A DNA stretch of 63,898 nt, counting the filler, from Mitosporidium daphniae (lineage: Eukaryota): the NCBI RefSeq assembly GCF_000760515.2. It is 4 parts of 4 records of this genome, joined end to end, with 100 filler letters (N's around TTAATTAATTAA, not from the genome) between each part and the next. Parts side by side here need not be neighbours in the genome. Positions count along the whole stretch, not along the records: positions 16,828 to 33,513 come from NW_013546725.1; positions 33,614 to 50,198 come from NW_013546724.1; 2 more parts are not named here. The stretch is one strand, 5' to 3'. The translations under genes and the position numbers were made by a program. Within the stretch, counting starts at the first letter, position 1; each line of letters opens with the position of its first letter. The notes under the pieces are model-generated. The model saw only the letters and a program-made list of their open reading frames with translations, did not search any database and was not told the DNA's origin. Positions 22,576 through 34,053 of the stretch are shown here, one piece after another.

Positions 22576-23904
22576 ATGCGTCTCCTGCGTCGGTCCATCA
22601 GTTCCCGGGACCATTCTGGCTTCATTTCTTTAATGGCAGAAGAGTTTGACGACATTTGGAACCTTTACCAGATCATACATAAAGACGATCGTATCAAAAT
22701 GTCTACCTCCAGGTGCCACGCCATGCACTAATTTACAGACGCGTTCGCTCCGATAATAACCCATGCTCTTCAACTTCAACAGAAAGCGAAAGGATCCGAA
22801 TTACGCTTTGGATACAAGTTGATACGGTTTCAGCCGACTTGAGTATCTCGAGCCTTGCCTTGAAGGGACGTGTGTGTGTGGAGAACGACTATGTGAAGGT
22901 ATGCCGATATAGCCTTCATTCACTCCCTCAAGATCGGTATTTAGGACCACTTTTATCGTTAGGCTCCTTCCATACTCTTAATGTGGGAATCAACGAAAAA
23001 ATCGAGCTGCAAAAAGATTTCTGGCCCGAGTACATTCTTGAGCTAATTGACAAATCCATCAAAGAGGGCAAGAATGTTCCCGTGATCGCACTGATTTTTC
23101 AGATGGGCATGAGGTTGATGTATTAATTTTTAGGTGTCGCCCACGTTTGCGCCATCAAAAATTCGGCCATCATTTTGAAAGAGAAAATCGAGACTCATAT
23201 ACCAAAGAAATCCAATCTTGGGATCAGATCAAAAGTGACGTTTATATGAGCTTAATTTAGGCCATCGAGAATTTCTATCTTCGCATATGCAAGACACTTG
23301 TGAAACATTTCCAATTTTCCGATATCAATAACTGCCTGGTGGCTAGTCCTGGATTCTACAACAAAGACTTTATTGAATACATTTGCGACCGATTTGCTAC
23401 TCCATCGGCAGATGCGGCTTTGCGATCTCTTTTTTTAAACAAGTCTAAATTCATAGTCGTTCACTCTTCCCATGGCTATTTGTCTGCACTAGAGGAAATT
23501 CTGGCAGATAAAAGCTCCAGTGCTGTTCTTTCCTCCACCTCGTCATTCAATGTTGAACAAAAGGCTCTTGAACGATTTATCACCATGTTATCAAAATCGC
23601 CTAACAAAGCCTACTATTCGTATGAACATGTCCGCTATGCTGCTGATTTAAATTCCGTCAAAGAACTTTTTATTTCTAGTGAGCTTTTGAGGTAGGGATG
23701 CCTTCAGTTGATGGTGATAGAACTTGTTTTGATGTCGAAAAAAGAAAATCACTATTTTCTTTAATGCAGGATGTAAAGTCACAGGGAGGAACCGTAATTG
23801 TATTTTCCAGCTGTTTCGGGTCAATGGGACAACTAAATTCATTATCTGGAATTGCTGCTATCCTTCGTTTTGAAATCTCAGAGGAGTCATTTGAGCTTTG
23901 CTGA
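22576..23904 (+). CDS. DOM34: Pelota/Dom34 ribosome rescue factor (about 7 exons)
   Basis: EEFDDIWNLYQII, GSFHTL, LVASPGF, GQLNSLSGIAAILRF; includes a 4-nt exon and a GC-AG intron. Confidence 0.93.
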
Positions 23905-24241
23905 TAAGCCGGTAACCTGCACGGCCCTAATTGGAACAGTAAAAAGATTTAGTTTATCATGTCTGGTATCTAACGATAATTAAATTTCAACCAATCAAAT
24001 GCATGAAATCGCCTTGGGACGCCCCTAAATAATCCCGGCATGCGCCAGCAGAGCGGCCAAAATGCTGACGAGCTGACTGTAAATGTGCAATCTTTAGGGG
24101 TAGTGTTTATTTGTAACACGCCCCCAATATGTTTTCCACAATCAACCAGAACTTGAATTTATAAAATTAAAATATGTCCACACCAACCCTACTAACTTTT
24201 GTCCTTTTCCAAGATCATTTTAATATCAATCCCTCAACGTA

Positions 24242-24948
24242 ATGATTTCGTGCGGAAGCCTCCTTTTGGCGATTTTCCTCCTTCTTTTTGGGTTGTTTGA
24301 TGTTTTTGTTTCTGCAAACTACATCACAAAATGCGATTCTTATAACAAGCAGTGCTTCTTTCATGATCTTAAGGAAGGAGACATATTTGGCGTTAACTTT
24401 GAGCTATATGGGCCAAATTCAAAGGGCACAGTCAACTTTGAAGTTTGGTTTGATGGTAACTTTTAGATTTACGATGGAACCCTTCAAAATCGTCTTTTCA
24501 ATGCTGACGACCTGAAATTTGGCACCTATCATTTTAGAGCTGCGCAGACGGGCAGACACTTTTATTGCTTCATTGCGAAATCTTCGATTGTTGATGTAAA
24601 GTTTTCTCCGCTAGGAACACATGCAACTCCTGCATCTAACAGTAGTAGCCTTTTTAGATTGCCTTATCCCTAGAACCACCCAAAGAATCGCTTTCTGATT
24701 CCTTTCAACAGCTTGTTGTCGGTCTCAAGGCAATACAGGCCGAACAATCATATTTACTGGACCGAGAAAAGGCGCACCATGATAGTAAGCTGTTTTTATA
24801 AACTTCAGCTGCAAAAAGCACAAATTCCCGCGTGTTTGCCTGGACGATATTGCAATTATTGATTTTGGGTGCCCTTTGCTATTGGCAAATACACTACGTG
24901 CGCTCGTGTTTTGACTCGAAGAGAACGGCTGCCGGATTTTCACATTAA
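24242..24948 (+). CDS. p24/emp24/TMED GOLD-domain cargo receptor, 4 exons
   Basis: Signal peptide, CFFHDL, YCF, EQSYLLDRE, STNSRV, TM segment and WQIHYVRSCF. Confidence 0.85.
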
Positions 24949-25059
24949 CAGTAAAAAATCGGCTCAAAATTGCCTCTCTTCGCGTGTACTTCAAGTCGTC
25001 GTTAGGGTTGAGAATAAAGTTAAATTTTCTAAATTTTGTGCCCAATTCCCACTCTCCTC

Positions 25060-27249
25060 ATGGATCAGCCATCCAAAGAACGCGAGGCAATGGATGTTGT
25101 CAATGAAGACATAGACACCAGTTTTGAGTCTATAGATGGGGCGCTAATATACCAGGAAGATGATTGCGACGGAAAAGTCTTGTCATCATCATCAGCCTCG
25201 CTATCTCAACGCAAGCTTGGAATCGCCATTGCTTCATATTCCACACTCATAAAGGCACTTTTCGAAGATCTCGAAAGTTTAAATTACGAAAGAATTTCTT
25301 TGGCTGTCTCTCATATGCCTTTGCTTTGTTCCACCATCGGCCCTGAGCTGACCCGCTCCAAACTGCTTCCGTATATTTCATACATTTTGGACTCGATTGA
25401 CGAGCAGGAGATGATCCTTGGTTCATTGGCACATGTTTTAAACTTGGAACGTCCAAATTCAATTACCATTGAGCATATTGGAGGTCTCTCTTTCGTAGAG
25501 CCTTCAATAGTTCCCCTGCTTGGGGATCTCATTTTCCACTCCGATTCTTGCTCGCTTATTACGGAAATGGTTCCTCCCCCAGCATCTCTCATTGTTAGGT
25601 GACAGACACTGTAATTTCATGGTTAAAGCTACTATCGCCAGATGAGTTATCCCGAGCCCTCGAGTCGGATTTTTTCATCATGGACATCGAGTCTTGGCCA
25701 ACAATTGCGATTTTCTCAAGGATTGTTGGATTCATCAAGAACCCGGTACTCCGGCAAAACCTTATGAGGTTCGTTTGGGCCATACTTATTTCTTACCACT
25801 AGCAAATATTTGGACTATTTGTCTCCGTCGTATCGACTTTGGATTCGTATGAAGGTCATCAAAACGCTTGAGGTTTCCATTGCAGCAGCTGATAATTGTA
25901 GAATTTTATTCGATTTTTGCCAAATGAGCTGCTAATTTCGGAGCCCCGGATTATTTCGTCGATCTTGAGTCTTTCCAACGAGGCGGACGACATCATTAGA
26001 CTCAATAGCCTTTCTGCCCTCTCGCTGGTTTGCGCTAGCCTTTCCATCAGAGAGGACCATCCGCATGCCATTTTTACGCAAAAAATCATCCCCTCAATGC
26101 AATCGTTCGCAACAGACAGTTCGTGGAAAGTTCGATATGCATTTAGCAATCAACTGGAAAAGGTAGGGGTTTCCAAAAAAGCTCTAGATTTTCAACACCA
26201 TTCCCTCTGATAAAGATAGGAAAGAGATAATTTATGACCCCATCTGCAGACTGCTAGCAGATCCCGAAGCCGAGGTGCGTTCCTCCATATGCAAGAACCT
26301 CACGAAATTGATTCCTCTACTGGATTTGGAATTTGTGCAGTCTAGCCTTCTTGAAGAGATGGAAAAACTTGTGCAGGATGAGAGCCCTTTTACGCGTTCT
26401 TCTTTATCATGCTGCATTGGCGTGCTCGCGTGTCGTCTGAATGGCGATAGCACTATTGTTGATAGAATTACGAGCTTTTTAAACACCCTGCTGCGGGATC
26501 CCTCCACAGAGGTCAGACTGAACGCCCTCAAGTCAATTTCGGAAAATGTTGAAGGTTTGATAGCTTTTTGAATCAAAACTGGCGTGTAGATTTTTCGTGC
26601 CTCAGCTCGCTTTCCACATCCCTTATTTATGCCATTGTGCAGCTATCAAACGATGCGTCGTGGAGGATTAGAATAGAAGTGCTCCGGTTGGCACCAATGC
26701 TTTCAAAGAAGCTGGTATGCCGGTCTTTTGCGCTATTTTTAGGGACTGGATGTGTTTCAGGGGGCGCTTTCCTCCATCCTTCTTCAAGGCCTCATTGATA
26801 GGTCCTTTTCTGTGCGGAAGGAAGCTGCGCAAATGCTCTTCGAATGTGCGAGTCTTTTTGGCATCAAGTGGATCGTTGAAAACTTTATCCCATTCATGCT
26901 CACCTACTCGAAGCATTCCAATCATTTGATACGGCAGGCATCGCTATTTGCATTCCAAGCGCTCATTTCTTTTTGCACAAAGGAGGTGGTTGAAGAGTAT
27001 TATCTGCCCACGCTTGGGCTGCTAGCGGAAGATCCCGTGCCCAATATTCGCTATTGCCTAATTCCGATTATTTTGGACTTGAAGTATTTATCAAAAACAA
27101 TTGGGCGCAAGGGCTCGCCCTCCAATGCCATTTGCGAAGCACTGGAGAAGATCAAAGACGCCCTTCTTTGCGACGCACATCCAATCGTCAGGGCAGAGGC
27201 AGAAAAGACCCTCAAGACGGACTGCGAACGGGCTGATACTCTAAGATAA
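25060..27249 (+). CDS. HEAT-repeat PP2A scaffold A-subunit-like protein (TPD3/PPP2R1A; PPP4R1 not excluded)
   Basis: IGPELTRSKLLPYI, DSSWKVRY, DPEAEVR, DASWRIR, DRSFSVRKEAA, DPVPNIR; multi-exon. Confidence 0.8.
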
Positions 27250-27264
27250 AGCCTGCGTGTATAC

Positions 27265-28563
27265 TCATTCCAAAAGCATGCAAAATTGTTTTGGTATTTG
27301 TTCAAAAAAAGAGCATAGATATTTGAATTTTAAAAATAAAGCATCTGCAACGTTGATGGTCTTCTCAAGTGAATGCTTGCCAGCAAGACCATTAAAATGC
27401 TAAGGCATTAAACGAACCAAAAGTACCCCGATCATTTCGTCGAATGTGTTGATGGACGATAGAATTGTCTCCGAGTGCTGCTCCAAAAGCGAAAGCGCAA
27501 CGAAGAGCGCGTATTTCTGTGGGCTGCAGTATGGATTGCACAGTACCAGCTACGCAAAATAACAGAGCAACAACTTACCTCCCATAACTGGCAAGTATCT
27601 TCGAAAGAGAATTCTCTTTTGAACCACACCAGCAACCAGCGATAGCAAACCAGTAGCGACTCTAGCCCGTTTTTTCTCAGGTGCGAGTAAAGCTCAATGT
27701 TCAGCAATCTCAGCAGTTGGCCAATCGTCCAAAGTGCCTGCTTCATTTGCGAGCTGTCGACCACCGAATAGAACGAATGCAGCGAAAAAAACGAGGCATC
27801 TTGCACAAGCGGCGCTAGCTCAAAGCCCTTCGATGCAGGCTTTCCGGTGAGAAAGCTGAGAAATATCCAAAAGGTCAAAACCTCATCAAAATCGACACTT
27901 GCAAAAATCGGCGAAAGAATGTCGCTCATCCCTTGGGCATAGTCGGATTGGGTACACAGCGAATACAATTTTAATATTCGACACATGATCTCCTGATAAG
28001 GCGGAAGCTCAACGGCATCCACATCTTTGCCAGCATATGTGGCCTCAATGGCAGCTGCATCTGCTTTCGCCTCACTAATTTTGCGATCATTGAGATCGGA
28101 AGACCCGATCTCGGATGTTGCGCCTTTCATCTTTAAATGAATATCCCACAACGAGCCAAGAACAGACACATCCGTTCTATTTACGTCCTTGTGAATCAGA
28201 GTAAAATTGGGCGATGGTTCTGAATGCGAATACTTTTTCAACAACGCGAAATATTCACCCCTCAGTTTTTCGGTATCATTTACAGATTGGATGCCAAATA
28301 TCAAGGGCCAAAGAGTGCCCCTTGCGTCTCTGGAAGCCGATGCTGGCTTACGAGCAGCTAGGAAAAGACATAAAAGCGATACCTATGCTTGTGACGCTCC
28401 TGGGGATAACGATAAGCGCTGCTATAATGTCAATGTCAGACTCCATTTCCGATGATGGTCTTTCGATTTCGAATTCTGAAAATTTAGCGTCAAGGGAAAA
28501 CAGTCTTTGGGTTCCCGAACCAATAGCAGAAAAGAGGCTCTCGGGTGCCAGAAGCGAATCCAT
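27265..28563 (-). CDS. TBC-domain Rab GAP (Gyp7/TBC1D15-like)
   Basis: IHKDVNRTD, YAQGMSDILSP, CYRWLLVWFKREFSFEDTCQLWE; 3 short introns. Confidence 0.85.
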
Positions 28564-28747
28564 ACAAAGCAAGTTTAAAATAAATTTGAATGCAATAAAA
28601 TTAAACCAAACCCGTCCAAACAAACGGCGCTCATGGTGGCCCCTGCAATGGCACTGCTTGATATCATTCCTGTGTTGTTTTGTACGCGCTCTATGCTGTG
28701 TATGGATTCAAATTGCCAAGATAAGATTGAGAATTCTTTATTTGCTA

Positions 28748-30410
28748 TCACTTGATCAAAAGAGAACACCCAGTCATTTCATCCGGCTTTTCAAGCCCAA
28801 AAAGCTCCAATATGGTTGGCGCCACATCGCAAAGAGCGCCAATTCTGGAAGTGGTGAACTTGAGCTCTGGATTGCTCAAAATAAATGGAACTAATGATGA
28901 GAAAAAATATCAACCTGGTGCTGTCGTATGAGCGGTGAATGGACGATCCTCTTCATCGACCATTTTCTCGGCATTACCATGATCAGATGTGACCGCCAAT
29001 AAATAATTGTGCTCTTTACAAGCCTCATATATGAGGCCGATGGCACGGTCGGTGGCCTCCACTGCCTTCACGGTAGCTTCATACTTTCCCGTATGTCCGA
29101 CCATGTCGGGCGGCGCAAAATTGCACATCACAAAGGGGTATTTTCCAGATGAAATGCTTTCAATAACTTTTTCGGCAACTTCTAAGGAACTCATTTCAGG
29201 GGCAAGATCATAAGTGGCAACTTTTGGGGATGATACCATAATACGATCTTCGCCTTCAAAGCAAATCTCGCGACCTCCGTTGAAAAAGAATGTAACATGC
29301 GGATGCTTTTCCGTTTCTGCAATGTGGCATTGGTTGACAGAATGCTTGGAAAGCCACTCTGCAAGCACATTGTCCATTTTGATTGGCGAGAAAATCACTG
29401 GAATGTTGAAGACACCCTCTTTGTAGTCCGTCATACTAACAATGTGAAGATTCTCAGGAACATCCACGGTGGCAGTAACCTCCATCAATGGAGATGGTGT
29501 AGTAATGAAAGAGGAGACGATCTGGCGCATCCTATCGGATCGATAATTAAAAAAGACAACAGTGTCGTTCTTTGAAATAACCCCATCAGAATCAATAAGA
29601 ATTGGCTTGAAAAATTCGTCGGTCTCATCAGCGGCATAACAGGCCTGGATGGTATCTCCAAGAGCCGAAGGCAAGATTTTTTTACCCTCGCCCCGCGTAA
29701 AAAGATTGTATGCCAGAGCTGTTCTTTCCCATCGCTTATCTCTATCCATTGCATAGTAGCGCCCAACGACAGATACGATTTTTCCATATGAAATGGAACT
29801 AAGATAAGAATTCAAGCTCTCCAAATATCCATCAGCACTTTTTGGCAGCGTATCACGGCCATCCGTGATTGCGTGTACGTAAGCAGATGGAATGCCAAAT
29901 TCTTTTGCCTCCATAAGAAGACCCCGTAAATGGTTTACGTGAGAGTGAACACCCCCATCCGAAACAAGACCAACAAAATGGATGCGGCCATTTCCATTTT
30001 TGGCATTCAAAAACGCATCTTTTAATGTCTTTTGCGAAGCGAGCGATTTTTCAACGACCGCATTGTCGATTCGAACAATATCCTATTGCTTAATGTTATG
30101 ATCAAACCTGTGGGACAGGCCGTCCAGAGCCAATATTGAGATGACCGACTTCACTGTTGCCCATCAGACCGTGTGGGAGTCCAACACGAGAACCATGTGC
30201 ATATATAGGAACGGTAGGGAAGTTGGCTTGAAGAGCAGACATCACGGGCGTATTTGCAGTAGCAATAGCATCGTATTTGATGAGGTTGGGATGCAGCGAT
30301 GAAATCTCTGCAGATCCGGGAACGTTTTTCAGAATTGGATCTGTCGGTGATATGCCCCATCCGTCGATGACAATCAAGCAAATTTTTGGATCCGTTTTGT
30401 GCGAGTTCAT
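28748..30410 (-). CDS. gpmI: 2,3-BPG-independent phosphoglycerate mutase
   Basis: [52 protein letters not shown]; last exon ends [20 protein letters not shown]. Confidence 0.95.
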
Positions 30411-30520
30411 GGAGAAAAATAAAATAAAATAAAAGATTGTAAAATTGCAAAATTAAAATCTAAGGCAAGACTATTTCTGATCAGTGCATGATATACTGAA
30501 GCGAAATTTTTCCCAGATCG

Positions 30521-31431
30521 ATGAAGATTCTTGTCGGAATAAAGAGAGCTCTTGACTATGCCATAAAATCAAGGGTTCGTGCTGATGGGAAATGGATGGA
30601 GACAAATGGGCTCAAGCATTCCATAAATCCATTTGACGAAATTGCGCTTGAAGAGGCTCTTCGCATCCGAGAAAAAGGGCAAAATTCGCATCAAATTACG
30701 GTGGCCAGCTGTGGAGGGCAGAAATCAATGGAAACCATAAGATCAGCCTTAGCAATGGGAGCTGATAAAGGAATATTAATAGATTCAGATAAAGAGGGGT
30801 CGGTTTCCCCTAATGACGGTTGGCTGTTTATTTGTTTATGGCTAGGAACGCTTCAGCCCCTCACGGTGGCAAAAGCATTGGCAAAAATAGCAAGTCGAGA
30901 AAAATCCGACCTGATACTTTTGGGGAAACAGGCAATTGATGACGATGCCGGCCAAACGGGGCAAATGTTAGCGGGGCTTCTTGGATGGCCACAAGTATCA
31001 CAAGATAGTTGTAGCCTGTAGGTAACCTTTGCTTCGGAAATAAAATTTTCCGACTCTGGAGACGTAAACGTGACTTCAGAGATTGACGGGGGTCTTCAAG
31101 AAGTTAAGCTAACGCTCCCTGCTGTCATCACGGTAGATCTAAGGTGAGAAGTGCGCGCAATTCATGTATAGGCTTAACGAGCCGCGATTGGTGTCGCTGC
31201 AAAATATAATGGTATTGCGATTACAATTTATGTTTCCAGAAAGCGAAAAAGAAACCGATAGAAGTGGTTTCGATTGATGAAATTCTTCCGGATCGCTCTG
31301 ATATAAAGCCTCGTTTGGAGATCCTTGATGTTAGCGATCCTCCCCCAAGGCCCTCTGGGCGGAAGGTTGAGTCGGTGGATCAGCTGTTGGACTTGCTTCA
31401 CAAGGAAGCGAAAGTTCTTGAATTTCATTGA
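30521..31431 (+). CDS. ETFB: Electron transfer flavoprotein beta subunit
   Basis: INPFDEIALEEA, ALAMGAD, GKQAIDDD.GQTGQMLAGLLGWPQ, DLR|LNEPR; 4 short introns. Confidence 0.95.
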
Positions 31432-32075
31432 CAAATGTTTGCTGTTGCAAGACCAAAAAAGTAAATTCTGAACTTTTAAAAGATGCCAGGATCACGATTA
31501 AATCTTTGGGGATCATATCCATGCGCTCCAACTCAAAATCAACCAAAACCATACCAAAGGGGGCTCCAGCAGAGCTTTTCTTAAAATTCAACCTATTTGG
31601 GCAGTAGATAAAAAAGATCCTCTCAATCAGAATGCGTGGGAGAGACAAATGGAGCATTGAGCTCATCATGTAAAAATGGGCCACAGGATGTGTTGCTCGA
31701 AATGGAATCCATCCATTAGCTCTGAGCTCATAATATACTCTGCATAGTTTAAAGTCCTAAATTAAGGGCATGAAAGGGCACCTGTGGCAAAAGGAAAGGA
31801 TTAGATAGACAAATTTTCTCTTTTGAGTAAAGATAAAAAGCTTCTTCTGGAAAAAGAAACACTCCACTTGGGTTTAGATGAACCGAAAACCCATAGTGAC
31901 TACATAATTGGCCAAATGACTTTCTGACGCAAACCAAATAATCTGGAGGTGTGAGGATATCGTCCGTATCACAATAGCGGAATTTTTCCACAAGAGCTGG
32001 GGGGAAATCCTTGCGGAGCAAAATAGTGGACATGGCGGCGTCACTAGCCTCTTTAAGCATTAAATTATTTTGCAA
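31331..32075 (-). CDS. SEN54: tRNA-splicing endonuclease subunit Sen54-like (start uncertain)
   Basis: LFPEEAFYL; spliced VYYELRANGWIPFR; FKKSSAGAP. Confidence 0.6.
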
Positions 32076-33002
32076 GAAAAATATCCCAACGAAAATGTGA
32101 TGTGGCCAGCCAACATAAGCTCAAAATTTTTTTGACGAGGCATTTTTTGCGGCTTGAATATCCATCTAGCCTAATTGCCCATCCATCCTTTCCTGATGAG
32201 TTTAAGCAAGTTAGCAAACAGCCAACTGACAATTTTTGTATGCACAAGTGATTGGTGGTTATGGACGGTATTATGATGGAAGAAAGATTGACGTTGGGTG
32301 TGTAAACTGTGTCGGACCCTTTGTCAATGATCTATGGATGTATTTTTTCAAGTTAAACCAGTAAGCAAGGTTGATAAAAATGCCTTTCGAATTCTGCAAC
32401 GAAGAAGATGCAGCAAATTTTGGAGTGGTGACCAATATTCCAAATAGCGAAAGTCTGAAAATGGTAACTGGAGTGCATATGTCTTGATTTTAAGCTCTAT
32501 TTTTCGCAAACTGTTAGCTCCACCAGCGGAAAATCGGAACACAGAGTCACTGCGCTGTGCATAGATTGCGGCTTTCATGCAAATTGGTGTGCAGCATGCT
32601 CGACTTTCATGAATTGTAATTTTACTTTTAATTGTTTTTGCGAACATTATAACCCTAACCCTGCTCCAGATTTAATCCCACCACCAATAACAAAATCTTA
32701 ACGTGCCTTAGGCTAACCCTTAGCCCTAAATTCGCATTGGATGATTGCAATGTTCTGGAGTGTCCAGGCAAAACCATGCTGTTTAATCATTGATGCAATC
32801 CAATCACACGAAACGTGCCAAACTACTTGATAGAATATCGCTCGCAATACCAATCATTATGTGCACAGACGCAATAAATTCGTAGGCCTTTTAGACTTCC
32901 AAATGCAACCCCCAATCTGACCATAGCCATTTGTGGTTCTTTTGCATGTTTTTGTATAGTGCGATGAACCCAAATTTGCTATCCAAAAATAACTTTAAAA
33001 AC

Positions 33003-33513
33003 TCAAGTTCGAAGAAAATAGTGAAGAGCAGCCTGCTTGATAAACGGAAGAAGGTCTAAATTTGGACATAACCGCCGCCCAAGCCCCTCCACAAATATCA
33101 CACTCATCACCAAATTGGCATAGTAATCATCCAGCCTGACGTGATGGTCTTTTACTAATTGAAGAAGATTAAACAAAACAGGTCCAATGTGGTATTCACC
33201 CAGAGGCATGGGTGAAAGAAACGTTCTACTGGGGGTCCCTCTAATCGGAGTGGGATGCGAAACAAAGAAATTCTGCACAATTTCCTGCATCTTATAACAG
33301 AATTCATCTTCGTCGATCACTGAGCCAGTGCTGTTGATGGGATGTCTTTCTATGATAAGTCTACCGGCTTTATAACCATCTCTCCATAAAATCAACGTTT
33401 TGAAAAGATCAAGGAAATTGTAAAAACGAGCAGAATCCAAGGTAGTGATCAACCCGGCGTCAAGAAAAACAACCCGGACACTGACGGAGCCTGAATATTC
33501 GATCTCCTTCTTA
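33003..33513 (-). CDS. ABC1/UbiB atypical kinase (ADCK2-like), 3' part, cut by the gap
   Basis: VFLDAGL, NFLDLF, HHVRLD..EGLGRRLCPNLDLL. Confidence 0.8.
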
Positions 33514-33613
33514 NNNNNNNNNNNNNNNNNNNNNNNNNNNNNNNNNNNNNNNNNNNNTTAATTAATTAANNNNNNNNNNNNNNNNNNNNNNNNNNNNNNN
33601 NNNNNNNNNNNNN
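33514..33613. other. Assembly spacer N44-TTAATTAATTAA-N44
   Basis: Same artificial linker. Confidence 0.98.
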
Positions 33614-33734
33614 GAGGAATATCTACAACAAATTGGCCGAGGAATATCTACAACAAATTGGCCGAGGAATATCTACAACAAATTGGCCGAGGAATATCTA
33701 CAACAAATTGGCCGAGGAATATCTACAACAAATT
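33614..33734. repeat. 25-bp perfect minisatellite GAGGAATATCTACAACAAATTGGCC x ~4.8, truncated by the gap
   Basis: Identical head-to-tail units with no spacers. Confidence 0.95.
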
Positions 33735-34053
33735 TCATATGCATAGTCGCGTCATTTCTGTGATATCCAAGATCAAAGGGGTCGTTTTTGAAGGAAAGAC
33801 GAGACAACGCTGATGCAAAGCCATAGACGACTGTCAAAATGGATCCCCTGCTAAAAAATAAATGCATCGTCGGCATGTGCATAGCTGGACCTTTTTATGA
33901 AAAATATGGCAACCTATGGCTAGCATGCCTCGCTTTCAAAGCCATGGAGAGGTGGGTCCTTTTGCAAAAAAATATTTTTATTTTTATGACTTGGTAGTTT
34001 CCATGGAGACAATACATTAGTTCATATTATGCCGAGTTTTTAGCATCTGGTTA

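Noticed and set aside
28214..28894. 226-aa plus-strand ORF
   Set aside because: It is antisense to the TBC first exons and the gpmI last exon, which explain the region.
28748..30410. Recent bacterial transfer of gpmI
   Set aside because: It has typical short introns, and iPGM is widespread in fungi, microsporidia and invertebrates.
33614..33734. CRISPR array
   Set aside because: Units are contiguous with no spacers, there are no cas genes, and the context is eukaryotic.
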